A program made the position numbers and the translations under genes. The notes beneath the pieces were generated by a model that had not been told where the DNA came from, made no database searches, and was given only the letters and a program-made list of their open reading frames with translations. A stretch of 64,000 bases of DNA. Origin: Eledone cirrhosa (Eukaryota). Numbering within the stretch: the stretch's first letter is position 1; every line of letters begins with the position of its first letter. The stretch is taken from NCBI GenBank assembly GCA_964016885.1, contig OZ024743.1, positions 165,354,001 through 165,418,000 of the forward strand, given 5' to 3'. Positions 1 through 13,921 of this stretch are shown here, in pieces.

Positions 1-132
1 TGCGTATGCTTGTGTATGTACGTATTTGTTTGCGTGTATGTATTTATTTATTTCTATTACTTCTGTATTGTATTTATTTACTTTGCTCTTAACTCTGCAG
101 CGGAGATTCATTCGGTCTCCTAGTTAGAATTT

Positions 133-410
133 TAGTCTACGACTTCAGCTATACCATTTACGTGGTTTTGTCTTTGCGTGCTATTGTTCTCCACGCTCCA
201 CATATGACGTATTATCTTCGTTTTTTTCGTTCATTGCCATAGAACGTCTCTATGAACCACCTAAGAGAACATTAGTCTACGACCTCCTTTATACCATAAA
301 CGTGGTTCTGTCTTTGCGCGTAATTGTTTTTCACCGCTCCTATTAATGACGTATTATATTCCTTTTTTTCCGTTCTTTGCCAGCGAACGTTTCCACGAAC
401 CAAAGTATCG
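133..410. repeat. Two diverged tandem copies of a ~139-bp unit
   Basis: 'tagtctacgac...tgacgtattat...gaacg...gaacca' starts at 133 and again at 272. Confidence 0.7.
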
Positions 411-642
411 TCTTCCTGTCTTCCTCCGGTTGCAACGTTTTTTGAAATATCCACTTCTGCGTTTACAGATTGACTTTGTTAGTTTCAGAAGATCCCGTTA
501 AGGGTGAAAGCAGCGATTCTTTGCTTAAACTTTAATCTGTTATTTTAATAAATATTTGCACTACGGTTCTTATATATTTGATATATATCTATCCTTATCG
601 AGCCCTCTTTGGATTTTAGTATTCAAATTTATTATTATTACT

Positions 643-645
643 ATG

Positions 646-696
<51 letters not shown>

Positions 697-702
697 GTAT
701 AC

Positions 703-733
<31 letters not shown>

Positions 734-801
734 TGTATATATATTTATATATGTATATATATATATATGTATATATATGTATATATATGTATATATGTAT
801 A

Positions 802-894
<93 letters not shown>

Positions 895-1545
895 GTATAT
901 GGAGGAGGTTATAGTTCACTTGAAGCACTGTGTAATGAGGTATAAACGTTTGTATATGTATAATAAAGCCAAAACAATGCAGGTATGGACATAGAATAAA
1001 GAACGCAGATGCAAAAGATATTGTTGACAATTAGTCTATTACCTTACATTTATTTAAATGTCCTTAATTTTCGAGATAATATCTCTTCTTCAGAGGGAAG
1101 TAAAGCTGTCAAACCAGTGTTCTAAATATATATATGTATATATATATATGTACATATATATGTATATATATGTATATATATATGTAAATATATATATGTG
1201 TATATATATATATATAAGTATATATATATATTATATATATGTATATATATATATATAAGTATATATATATATATATAAGTATATATATATATATATAGAT
1301 ATGTATATATCTATATAAGCATATATATATATGTATATATATATATACATGTATATATATATATATGTATATATATATATACATATATACATGTATATAT
1401 ATATACATATATATATATATACATATATATATATACTTATATATATATACATATATATAAATACATATATATATATATATATGCTTATATATATATATAC
1501 ATATCTATATATACATATATATATATATATACTTATATATATATA

Positions 1546-1621
<76 letters not shown>
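643..1621. repeat. (TA)n/(TATG)n microsatellite tracts, representative of dozens across the window
   Basis: Direct observation; source of the YIYIYI pseudo-ORFs. Confidence 0.98.
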
Positions 1622-1622
<1 letters not shown>

Positions 1623-1662
1623 GATATTAAACAAATGGAAACTATATTTATAAAACCATATT

Positions 1663-1728
1663 TATTTCATTATACATATTTCAGCGATACCATATTAAAA
1701 ATATGGCATGCCTTCGTCAGATAAAATA
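1663..1728 (-). ncRNA. Type I hammerhead ribozyme, family A pLTR (also 5803-5869 -, 7008-7071 +, 32143-32205 -, 32386-32451 +, 48042-48104 -, 51659-51722 -)
   Basis: tattttat-CTGA(C/A/G/T)GA-agg..long stem II..cct-GAAA-tat(g/a)ta-TA-atgaaata; stem I pairs; 5803 copy has GAGA instead of GAAA. Confidence 0.85.
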
Positions 1729-3392
1729 CAATATATAACCAGTTTTATAAATAATTTTGACGTACCATAAATATAGCGACCATTAAGGTAGGAAGCTGGC
1801 TTGGTAGTGAAGTGTTTATAAATATTTAGTGTTAAGCACAGTTACAAAGAAAGACGGAGAAAAAGAAGAAATGTATGTAAAGAAAAACAGAGAGAAATAG
1901 GGGTGTGAGAAAGAGGGAAGAGGTAAAAAAGAGAGGCAACCGAAGGCAACAGATGAATAATACTAATTCATCATACAAATTGAGAGATTTAAGAGGGAGG
2001 GAGTACGGTAATTATTTAGTTATAGTGTTAAGCACAGTTAGAGAAGAGACGGAGAGAAAGAAACAAAAATGGAGATGAGGAGAAAACAGAGAGAGAGAGA
2101 GAGAGAAAGAGGTGGGAGGAAAAGAAAGAGGGAGAAAAAATAATAATAATTATATAGGGGGTGAAAATCAAGAGAGAAGTAAGAGAGAAACATGAGAGGC
2201 AAAGTCAAAACGACAGATACATAAACTTCATCATATATAAAGAGAGAGGAGAAGAAAGAGCTATATCTAGAGAGGAATGATATAGTTACATCTTTACGTT
2301 ATGTCCTATCAATTTGAATTATCAATTCATATGAACTGGGTAATATAATGTAAATATCAATATTCATGAATGAGACATAGATATATAATGTGTGAAAATA
2401 ATTTTGCTCATAATGACCATATGTTTAGTTTAAAACTCTGAGGTCAATGTACCAAAAACTGAGATAAATCTTCAAAAAATTACCCTATTTATAAAAATAC
2501 GGAGATATATAAGTATATACATACACATGCATATGCACTTTCTGAAAAAAGAAAAGAAAAAGAGAAAGAGAAAGTCATGTCAAGCTCTAGTTGATAATAT
2601 AGACATACATGACTTTACGTGATCAACTCTTTAATTTCTTGTTTCACAAAAAATTTTTTTCTTGTGTTATAAAAGATTTCACTATATATATATATATATA
2701 TACATAAAAAATAAACGATTAGTATTCATGCCCTCACACATATGATCATCGTTCATGTATATAATATTATGCATATCTGTAACATATACAGAACTATACC
2801 TACACATATATATACACATATATGTATATATAAGATATCTGCGTGAGTGTTCTAGCATCTCTATGCACACATACAGGCACATGAACAGATAAAATATACT
2901 CTGTAATCATTCCATATGCATATTAATACATATGGCCTTTGCACAGAGACAACCAGATATCTATATATCAGCACAGAAATATCAAAACGTTAAAATATTT
3001 TCAACACACCCTAGGGCATCTCAGGCCACAACAAACCCAGTATGCTTCATATATTTACCACAGAAATCTATCCTTCCAATTTTCCAGACAATATATTGCC
3101 AAGTTCTTTAGAAGCAATCAGAATCAAAAAGCAAACAAAAACCAAAAATTATTTAACAAAAATCATTTAAAGGATTTAGAAGACCCTGTGGTTCTACGGA
3201 TGCTCTTATATTTAGTATAGAAATTTATCTTGCGTAAAATTTATTTAATACATTGGGAGCATCTACATTTTAGAGTAGTTTAATTACATCATTTGTTTAT
3301 ATTTATGAAGAAGTTTTAAAAGAAAAAGTTGAAGGAATCGAAAGATTTATCGTCAGGTTTCATACATTAATTAAATTTCTTAATTAATTATA

Positions 3393-5622
3393 CTACATTT
3401 TAAATTTATATTTATATTTAAACGTTGAGTTCAATCTATGTCTGCAGCAACTGAATAAATTGCTCCTTAGATTAAGGGAATTTTTGGATTTTAATATAAA
3501 GAATATCTCCTCCACACAGAGATCACATGTCTCAGATGAGGAATTAAAAGGAATCCCTCTTGAGACAATATTCCAAAACATCGAATACCCAACGTTATCA
3601 CGTTTAAGTTGCCAGAGTAAGCTTGATAGTGAAGTTGAAGATTTTTTGTTTGGATCTGTGAAAGAATTCTTATGATTATTGAAGCGAAGTTTAAATTCTG
3701 TCGAGGTGGAACCAACATAGTTGAAAGAATTTAAGTTAGTTTTAACATTACAATTGTATATTATATTTTTAACTAAGCAATTGTTATTTAACGGACATTT
3801 AGATTTATTTCTACAGTTATAGTTGTTAAATTGAATATTGTTTGGGTTATTATTGGTATTTTGGTTAGGTTTTAAATTCCTATTATTTATTCTGTTAATA
3901 TTTTGTGCTAAATTTTTGGTGGACGAGTAAGTTAATTTAATAGTATGTCTATTAAAAATTGAGTGATATTTATGTGTTCTAGGGAAGCGTTTGTCAAGAG
4001 CATTAAAGAATAATTTAGCAATGTGGGTTTTAATATTTAGTGAGAAAGGGGGGGCAAACCATATTATATTTCTAGTTCTATTTCTTTTCCGGCTTTTGGA
4101 ATTATTGTAATGTTTTCTATTATAGTTGTTAATGTTGTTACAGTAATTAAAATTGTTATTATTTTGGTTAGTTTGCTTATTATTATCGATGTTCTTAATT
4201 TTATCACTATATCCTGCTCTAGCTAAAGCTTCATTGTAATACTGCGCTTTTTCGTCGAAAATATTTTTATTAGATGAAATTCTTGAGATTCGTTCTTGAA
4301 CAGAGTTCACTATAGTATTTTTAACAGATCTGGGGTGATTAGAGTTAAAATTGACATAATTCAAGTTTTCATTTAGTTTGTGAAATGGATAGTGAAGACA
4401 TGTGTTGAGATTTAGTGTTACATCTAGGAAATTGACTATTCTATGGTTATTCTCTATTTCTATTTTTAGATTAAGGTAATTAAAAAATTGTATAATTTGT
4501 TTTCTTTTTCTATTTAGTTCAGAGTTATTATTTTCAATAAGTAAAAGCATGTCATCACGATATAATCCTCCGGTTACACCTGGTATTTTTCTATGTAGCG
4601 AATTAATTATAAATAGGCCCACAAGGTCCGTTACCTGAGCTGAGTCAGATGATCCCATAGTTATGTCGAAATTATTATCTCTATCTGCCCTAGTCCATAG
4701 TTGGTTATTAAATTCTATCAATGTTTTCCTTGCCGATAATATAATGTGCATTTCATTGCTAGTTAGGTGTGTATGTTTGAATGCGTAATTTAGTGCCTTA
4801 TTCAGTAGATTAGGGGTAATAGATGAATAGTAGTTAGCAATATCTAGTTGAATAAATTTATTATTATTGTTATATTTAATTTCTTTAAACCACTCAATAA
4901 CCTCACCAGTCCCCTTCCATAACTTTAAGTAAGGTAAATTATGTAAGTTTTTAATTTGCTGTATCACCCTGTCTAGAATGTTTTTGCTAAGTTTACCCAA
5001 GTCAGATTTTGATGTTGCAATCAATCTGACTGGCAAATCATTTTCAAAATTTCTTTTGTGATCTTTCATATTGATCTTGGGTTTCCTAGGCATGAAGGGT
5101 TGTGTTTTGTTCTCAATGTCTAACTCATGCATTATACAAGATGCCTCAGCATTCATTTTTTCCAGTTCGTCCTTATTTGCTACCTTGTACTTTTTCCTTA
5201 GTTCCTTCAATATAAGGCCATTATACATGTCCTTTTGCACTCCATAAAGGTTGTTGGTTTTGTCCGATTTCACCAAGATCTCTGTTCTCTCCAAGCCTTC
5301 AATATTATCCTTAATGCTTCTTAGATAGTCCTGGATAGTCCTGGCCTTTGAAGTTTCTCTTGAATTTGATTCCTTGGATGATAGAAATTATATCGTTTTC
5401 AAAATCCATTAATAGTTTGTTGGGGGGTGGATTTTTTTTAGATTTGAAAACTTTATCTAAGTCTGAAACATTTTCATTTAGATTAGATTTATCAAAGTGG
5501 AAGGCACGCCACCTGATTCTTCTTATAAAAGAGTCTGATTTTTCTATTAATTGTTTAATAAAGTCTTTGTTCTTAGGTAAAGGTATGTCTTTTAGAGAAG
5601 AAGATATCTTAAAGAATTCCAT
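3393..5622 (-). pseudogene. PLE reverse transcriptase + GIY-YIG endonuclease, single frameshift
   Basis: ORFs 5311-5622 and 3393-5294; motifs QLDIANYYSSI, MGSSDSAQVTDLVG, GLYRDD, FLDV, CRNKSKCPLNNNC, IIY..YVGST..FKLRFNNH; 10-bp duplication gatagtcctg at 5324-5343 breaks the frame. Confidence 0.92.
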
Positions 5623-7219
5623 TTTTTCAGTTATAATATAAAGCGCTCAACAGTATTGGAGCAAAAATATATGCAAAGGTTTTATTTAAAATTGTTGGGT
5701 TACAACAAGTAAATATTTTATAACTGATATAAAGCACTCGACAAGTTTTTGGAGTAGATATACGATATTAAACAAATGGAAACTATATTTATAAAACCAT
5801 ATTTATTTCATTATACATATCTCAGGGATACCATATTAAAAATATGGCATGCCTTCGTCAGATAAAATACAATATATAACCAGTTTTATAAATAATTTTG
5901 ACGTACCATAAATACCATTAAGGTAGAAAGCTGGCTTGGTAGTGAAGTGTTTATAAATATTTAGTGTTAAGCACAGTTACAAAGAAAGACAGAGAAAAAG
6001 AAGAAATGTATGTAAAGAAAAACAGAGAGAAATAGAGAGAAATAGGGGAGTGAGAAAGAGGGAGGAGGTAAAAAAGAGAGGCAACTGAAGTTGATCACGT
6101 AAAGTCATGTATGTCTATATTATCAACTAGAGCTTGACATGACTTTCTCTTTCTCTTTTTCTTTTCTTTTTTCAGAAAGTGCATATGCATGTGTATGTAT
6201 ATACTTATATATCTCCGTATTTTTATAAATAGGGTAATTTTTTGAAGATTTATCTCATTTTTTTTGAAGATTTATCTCAGTTTTTGGTACATTGACCTCA
6301 GAGTTTTAAACTAAACATATGGTCATTATTGACCAAAATTATTTTCACACATTATATATCTATGTCTCATTCATGAATATTAATATTTACATTATATTAC
6401 CCAGTTCATATGAATTGATAATTCAAATTGATAGGACATAACGTAAAGATGTAACTATATCATTCCTCTCTAGATATAGCTCTTTCTTCTCCTATCTCTT
6501 TATATATGATGAAGTTTATGTATCTGTCGTTTTGACTTTGCCTCTCATGTTTCTCTCTTACTTCTCTCTTGATTTTCACCCCCTATATAATTATTATTAT
6601 TTTTTCTCCCTCTTTCTTTTCCTCCCACCCCTCTCTCTCTCTCTCTGTTTTCTCCTCATCTCCATTTTTTTTTTCTCTCCGTCTCTTCTCTAACTGTGCT
6701 TAACACTATAACTAAATAATTACCGTACTCCCTCCCTCTTAAATCTCTCAATTTGTATGATGAATTAGTATTATTCATCTGTTGCCTTCGGTTGCCTCTC
6801 TTTTTTACCTCCTCCCTCTTTCTCACTCCCCTATTTCTCTCTATTTCTCTCTGTTTTTCTTTACATACATTTCTTCATTTTCTCCGTCTTTCTTTGTAAC
6901 TGTGCTTAACACTAAATATTTATAAACACTTCACTACCAAGCCAGCTTTCTACCTTAATGGTCGCTATATTTATGGTACGTCAAAATTATTTATAAAACT
7001 GGTTATATATTATCTGACGAAGGCATGCCATATTTTTAATATGGTATCCCTGAAATATGTATAATGAAATAAATATGGTTTTATAAATATAGTTTCCATT
7101 TGTTTAATATCGTATATCTACTCCCAAAACTTCTCGAGTGCATTATATCAGTTATAAAATATTTACTTGTTGTAACCCAACAATTTTAAATAAAACTTTT
7201 GCATATATATATCTATATA

Positions 7220-7290
<71 letters not shown>

Positions 7291-7338
7291 ATATATATAT
7301 ATATATATATATTTACATATATATATACATATATATAC

Positions 7339-7372
<34 letters not shown>

Positions 7373-7419
7373 TTAGAACACTATATGTATATATATATAT
7401 ATATAAATATATATATATC

Positions 7420-7450
<31 letters not shown>

Positions 7451-7595
7451 GTATATATATATATATGTATATATATATGTATATATATATATATGTATAT
7501 GTATATATATATATGTATATATATATATATGTATATGTATATATATATATATGTATATATATATATGTATATATGTATATGTATATATTTATATG

Positions 7596-7626
<31 letters not shown>

Positions 7627-7641
7627 GTATATATATATATG

Positions 7642-7688
<47 letters not shown>

Positions 7689-7850
7689 GTATATATGTAT
7701 ATATGTATATATATATGTATGTATATATATATATGTATATATATTTATATATATATATGTATATATATATATGTATATATATATATATGTATATATATGT
7801 ATATATATATATGTATATATATATGTATATATATATATATGTATATATAC

Positions 7851-8470
7851 ATAAAATCAAGGTCTAGCAAATAGAGAAAATTTTAAAAATAAATTTTAAA
7901 AAATTCGCTGTATTTACTATATGTGCCTTTACACGGTTTCATGCTCCAGAATAAACGGAAAATCCAAGCGGATTTCCATTGAGAAGGGAGCAATCTTCTC
8001 ATTCGGAGAATATAAAATTCCCGAGTTCAAATCACAAACTGACGCCATAAAAAACCATTCCGAAATGAGAGCGAATGATGAAAGAAATAATTCTGTCTGG
8101 TGCCTGTGCAAAGACAAAAGGCAGGGTGGACAGGTCAATGTCCTACCACTAGAAATAGCCGCATTCCAAACGGCCAAAATTTTATCTCTGCCTTAGGGGG
8201 AGATCAATAATCATAAAGTATGAATTCCTACATGTAAAAAATACATATAGGGAAACAAGTATTATCCAACCGTATGCCAATGTGGTTCTATGGCGGGTTA
8301 ATAAATTAACAAGCCAGAACATATAAAATCAAGGTCTAGCAAATAGAGAAAATGTTTTAAAATATATTTTAAAAAATTCGCATACTTACTATATGTGCCT
8401 TTACCGCGGTTTCACGCTCCAGAATAAACGGAAAATCCAAGCGGATTTCCATTGAGAAGGGAGCAATCTT
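7851..8470. mobile_element. Non-coding element: ~471-bp unit plus ~148-bp direct terminal repeat between TA tracts
   Basis: 7851-7998 repeats at 8322-8470; minus strand carries GAAA-ccgcgg-TA (HHR 3' half-like) and several hairpins. Confidence 0.65.
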
Positions 8471-8906
8471 CATATGTATATATACATAGGTATATATATA
8501 TATACGAATATATATATATATATATGTATATATATATGTATATATATGTATATATATATATATGTATATATATGTATATATATATATGTATATATATGTA
8601 TATATATATGTATATATATATGTATATATATATATATATATACGCAAGCAGCGATACATAGGTATTCCGTCTGTTACAGAAACATATGTCAATACCTAAT
8701 AAATTCCTTTATAAAAAAAAAGCACTTTCATTTTATATTCATCTTTTCTACATTTTCTCCGGAATATAATTTATACTCGTTGAGCAAACCTACACGTACG
8801 CTGTTCATCTCTAACGTAACGATATATTATCACTAGATTATTGATAACCTGAAATTTTAATAATCTCCTATACAGTTGAGCAACTAATTTAGCATACGCC
8901 TCTAAA

Positions 8907-11227
8907 ATGGAAAGGCACCAATTGGATATGTCGTTAAAAAACATACCTATTCAGGCAAAAAAGGAATATATTCTAGGTATGATACGAAGGACCAATGATT
9001 TTATTCGACGAATCAGATGGAAAACATTCCATTTTGACAAAAGCCGTATAAACCAAACATCGGATCTTAACAAGGATAAATTTGGATTTAAATCTTACAA
9101 AAACCCACCCTCAAACCCACTTTTGGATGCATTTGAACAAGACCTAATGGATATGATCATGGAGATCAAATTTACAAAACAGAAAAAACAATAAACTACA
9201 GAATGACATCACGGCACTGCTCAATAATCTAAAAAACGCCAATGGACTTATTGTTAGAGCAGACAAAACATCAAACGTATATACCATGGATGTGGACACT
9301 TACAATAACTTCATCCGTAAGGAATTGCATAAAAAATACAAGAAAACGAATGAAGCTACACTTAAAAACATTGACAACTCGGCATATGAAATTGTTAAAA
9401 AACTTTGTATTGACGATAGAACGCAACCCTTAACACCAGCTACACCATCCTTCAACCTGAAGGACCACAAGGTAAACTTCGATACTGACCCTAAAATTAG
9501 ACTTATATGCCCCTCTAAATCTGATATTGGCAAAATTAGCAAATATATACTAGACAGAATTATCCCCCAAGTTAAGGCTAAAGTAGATATTAAACTATGG
9601 AGTAACACCCATGAGGCAATAAGATGGTTTAATAGCATTACTGATAAGAAAAAAAATCAAAATTTATTCAGTTCGATATTGATGAATATTATTCCTCAAT
9701 TTCACCTGATACTCTACATGAAGCTCTTTCGTTCGCTAAGGCTAATTCCGACCTTACGGATGCTGAAATTAAAATTATTATGGAAGCGAGGAAAACTATT
9801 GTTAAATTTGATGATAGCTACTGGGTTCGCAAAGATAGACCTTCTAATTTTGATATTACTATGGGTTCCAATGATTCGGCGGAAGTAACTGATCTTGTGG
9901 GAATTTATATCACCCACAGACTACAAGGAAAATTCAAGGATCTCCACGGTGGAATCTACCGTGACGATGCGCTCCTATTAGTTAAGCATATGAATAACCA
10001 GAATTTAGAAAGGATGCGTAAAAATATCAGAAAGCTTTTTAAGGAACTAGGATTAAATATTACATTTGAATATAACCTCAAAGAGGTTAATTTCCTTGAT
10101 GTTACTTTGAATCTCAATATAGAAACGATTAAACCGTTCCATAAACTAAATGAGAACCTTAAATATGTAAATACGAGTTCTAACCATCCACCCTCTATAA
10201 TTAAATCCATCCCTAGAAATATTTCCCTTAGAATCTCCTGCCTGTCGTCCAACCAGCAAACCTTCAAAGAACATGCCGAATATTATGATGATGCACTTAG
10301 GAAGGCTGGACACCTAGATAATATAGAGTATATAGTCGACGATCACCAAAACACCCAAAATAAATCTCATAGGGGTAGAAATAGCATAGAATCACCACCA
10401 TACGTACACTACCGCAATAGACACACTAATAGTCGCACACCACCAAACAGAAGGCGATGTAAAGAGTATATATGGTACAACCCGGTCTATAACAACTCTA
10501 TTAAAACCAATCTACCCTCACAATTCTTTCGATTAGTTAAAAAACACTTTCCAACATCACATAAATATAATAAAATCTTAAACCCTAACACTATTCGACT
10601 TTCATATTCAACCACCCCTAATATTGAACAACGTATAAAAAAGCTTAACGTAAAACGGTTGTATAAACGCCTTCCAACACATAACAATACACGTAAAACA
10701 TCAGCTATAACATCACAAAACAACAAACAACATCCCGTCCTACCTAAGCAACCTCATCAACCCATCCATGCTAATACAACAACGCAAAATTATAACTGTA
10801 ACTGTGTCCAACCAGGAATGTGTCCGTTGAACAATCAGTGTCTTGAACGCAACATCATTTACAAATGTAATATCGAATCGGATAGCCATAAGTGGTACTA
10901 TGTGGGGTCTACAGCCACCTCCTTCAAATCTCGCCTTTATAGACATAGTTACTCGATAAATCATGTAAACCAGCGTTATGTAACAACACTCGCAGACAAG
11001 GCTTGGCAGCTGCACGAAAATAACCAACAATTTCACCTAAAATGGGATATAATAGTAGGTGCCCCTCTATAAACCACGGACAGGAATTTTGTTAATTATG
11101 TAATATGGAATTATTTTGCATTATGAAATCCAAAAACATTTTATTAAATAACAGAATAGAGCGATCGTTATACTGTAACCATCGCTTAAAATCTACATTT
11201 TCATATTACAAATACTACCAGGATTGA
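8907..11227 (+). pseudogene. PLE RT + GIY-YIG, about three frameshifts
   Basis: ORFs 8907-9194, 9286-9888, 9780-11072; FIRRIRWK, MGSNDSAEVTDLVG, GIYRDD, CNCVQPGMCPLNNQC, IIY..YVGST. Confidence 0.9.
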
Positions 11228-11700
11228 ACGCCTGTCTCCATCTCCGTTTGATTGTCAAAATATATATTAACATTCTCTATAGTCTTAATTCTATCAACTC
11301 TTCTATTCTTTACCATTTAATATAAACTGCTATAGATAAAATGAGATTTCTTAATTCAATTCCCTAATGCATATACCAGCAGGCTACCAGCATTGTTTTA
11401 TTCAGTAGCAGTCGAAATCTCCCTCTTCCTTAATTGACACTTTATAATTAATACTACTACACCAAACGACCAGCCCTGTCCATTGTTCAATTGGTCAAGT
11501 ATAGATTAAAATAGGCACTCCCAAACATTCTTATTTAGATAAAATAAACCATATACTCATTGTATTCTCATTAGAAACCCTTTATATACTTGTTTACCAG
11601 TAAATTGAATTGCCATCTGTCATATACTATCCCCTCTCTTCCTTCTTTATTACAACTAATATAAATATTTCAATTTTTCTGATTTTTTCCAATTTATCCA

Positions 11701-11823
11701 ATATCTCTGAAGAAGTGACAACTGATTATACATTTGCTATCGAATACTTGCTAACATTATATGATTACGCAAGCAGCGATACATAGGTATTCCGTCTGTT
11801 ACAGAAACATATGTCAATACCTA
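11701..11823 (+). ncRNA. HHR with ~90-nt stem II in family B 3' pLTR
   Basis: CTGAAGA 11707; gtgaca/tgttac, tatcg/cgata, cttgc/gcaag pairings; GAAA-catatg-TC; stem I weak. Confidence 0.6.
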
Positions 11824-11885
11824 ATAAATTCCTTTTTAAAAAAAAAGCACTTTCATTTTATATTCATCTTTTCTATATATATATA

Positions 11886-12358
11886 TATTGTTATACTTTG
11901 GGAGGGTCATGTTGCCAATAAGAAACACACGCACCAGTTGCTTTCACTTCAATTTATTATATATTTATAAATTTCTGGTTGGTTGGTTCCACAACCAGAT
12001 AGTTGTTTATATATAATCATAGTTCTTTCGTCACACACTCTGTGACCTCTTCAGTGACTGGGGATTCCTTTCTTTGTTTCTGTGCCTCTCCTTTGTTCTG
12101 TCCTACGCCATTTTCAAAATGGCGTAGAACAGAACAAAGGAGAGGCACAGAAACAAAGAAAGGAATCCCCAGTCACTGAAGAGGTCACAGAGTGTGTGAC
12201 GAAAGAACTATGATTATATATAAACAACTATCTGGTTGTGGAACCAACCAACCAGAAATTTATAAATTTGTAAATTTATAAATATATAATAAATTGAAGT
12301 GAAGCAACTGGTGCGTGTTTCTTATTGGCAACATGACCCTCCCAAAGTATAACAATAT
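11886..12358. repeat. Near-perfect fold-back palindrome (~230-bp arms, 1-nt spacer at 12115) with an HHR in each arm
   Basis: ctacgccatttt-c-aaaatggcgtag centre; arms are reverse complements. Confidence 0.93.
12171..12215 (+). ncRNA. Minimal type I HHR (mirror copy 12015-12059 -)
   Basis: agtca-CTGAAGA-g-gtcaca-gagtg-tgtgac-GAAA-gaac-TA-tgatt. Confidence 0.8.
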
Positions 12359-12410
12359 CGGTTTCAACACACGATTTCAGATAAAGAATCTTGCTAAACA
12401 AATTCAGAAA

Positions 12411-12482
<72 letters not shown>

Positions 12483-12487
<5 letters not shown>

Positions 12488-13013
12488 AAAGAATAGAGGT
12501 GTAACACACAAGTTATTATATATTGGTAAACGGAATAGAAAATGCTGACAAATTGTTCACAGTTGAAAAATGGTTTAATTAGGAATAAAAGAGTATTAGT
12601 AATTGTATGGGTTAGTATTCAGTTGTGGTTTTAAGTTTTTAAGTTTTTACCGTTTGCGCATTTCTAAATGCTTTTCAAAAATAATTTTGAGATAGAGTGT
12701 CCGTGTTGTTTGCTCTGATCTGATTATTTTTTGGAATTCTACCTGTTTTTATGTTAAAAAAGTGGCTCCAGCGCTACTTTGGTGTTGCAAAAATTCTTGT
12801 GGCCAAAACAATTTTGATTGGTCGGTAGAGGTCATGTGAATGTAAAAAATTGATTTTGCGCCAAGACTGTTTTTATGTTAAAAAAGTGGCTCCAGCGCTA
12901 CTTGGTGTTTGCAAAAATTCTTGTGGTCAAAACAATTTTGATTGGTCGGTAGAGGTCATGTGAATAAAAAATTGGTTTTGCGCCAAGATTGAGAAATGAC
13001 TCTTTCACAACAA

Positions 13014-13087
<74 letters not shown>

Positions 13088-13529
13088 TAGTAGTAAGGTG
13101 TTCGATGTTGTGATAATGGTTAGCAGGGATGTGTGTCAAATGGCTATTAAGATAAGTGTGTGTGTGTGTATATAGCAGAGTAATTCGTGGTAGCAGGGAT
13201 GGTCAGTAAGAATGTGTCTGTACGCAATGGGGGGTATTTTAGCATGTCAAAAGATATTTTTCAGCTTTTGTCTTATACGGAGAAGTGCGTGTGTGTGTGT
13301 GTGTATAAGTCTCTTTGTATGTTAATGTACGCGTGTGTATGTGTGTATGTATATATGTGTGTGTGTGAGAATGTGTGTGTTGGTGGACCAGTATTTATTT
13401 CCCCCTGGTAGAATGGTGTACATTATTCGATTTTTTCAGTAAAATCGGTTCTTTTAATAGAACATCAAAAATCTTAACAATAAAAGGTGTGAAATGATAT
13501 TCACTATATATATATACACATACATATAT

Positions 13530-13572
<43 letters not shown>

Positions 13573-13770
13573 TTATTTTTTTGTGTTGCACCATAGAGCA
13601 TGTGTGTTTACGTATGTCATTGTGTTTATATGTGGGTAGAGGTGTGTGCTGATGTAGGTATGTATGTTGACGTGTGTATGTTGTGGCTTCGTCTTAGGGA
13701 GAAGTGTTTAGACGGGGTCCGTATTTGTTAATGAAGTAAGATTCCTTGCTGATGCGCTGGGTGTGGGTGT
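12483..13770 (-). mobile_element. 5'-truncated Neptune-like PLE (3' end and pLTR), same family as 24228-27356
   Basis: Ends in ...[17 protein letters not shown]; 3' UTR is the reverse complement of 26180-27356. Confidence 0.9.
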
Positions 13771-13890
13771 AGTCCGAATTGATGTGGTAGAGACAGGTAC
13801 ACATGTTGTTAAAGTGTTTTACTCCGTCAATACTCCGATATGTCCAGCTCCTGGTTGGGTTGTTATTTCTCTGAAGAACTGGAATCATAT

Positions 13891-13921
<31 letters not shown>

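Larger units (their letters stand above)
1622..7205 (-). mobile_element. Hydra-like PLE, family A copy 1, with 3' pLTR (~1622-1960), upstream tandem pLTR (5763-6090) and inverted 3'-UTR/pLTR copy (6091-7205), inserted in (TA)n
   Basis: 1622-1950 repeats at 5763-6090; 6091-7115 is the reverse complement of ~1622-2625; RT-GIY-YIG ORF inside; flanked by TA tracts. Confidence 0.9.
8642..11872 (+). mobile_element. Hydra-like PLE, family B, with direct pLTR repeats
   Basis: 8642-8750 = 11767-11872; flanked by TA; contains RT-GIY-YIG. Confidence 0.9.

Noticed and set aside
556-1630. Many [18 protein letters not shown], poly-I and poly-L ORFs across the window
   Set aside because: Translations of (TA)n, (CA)n and (TAA)n microsatellites
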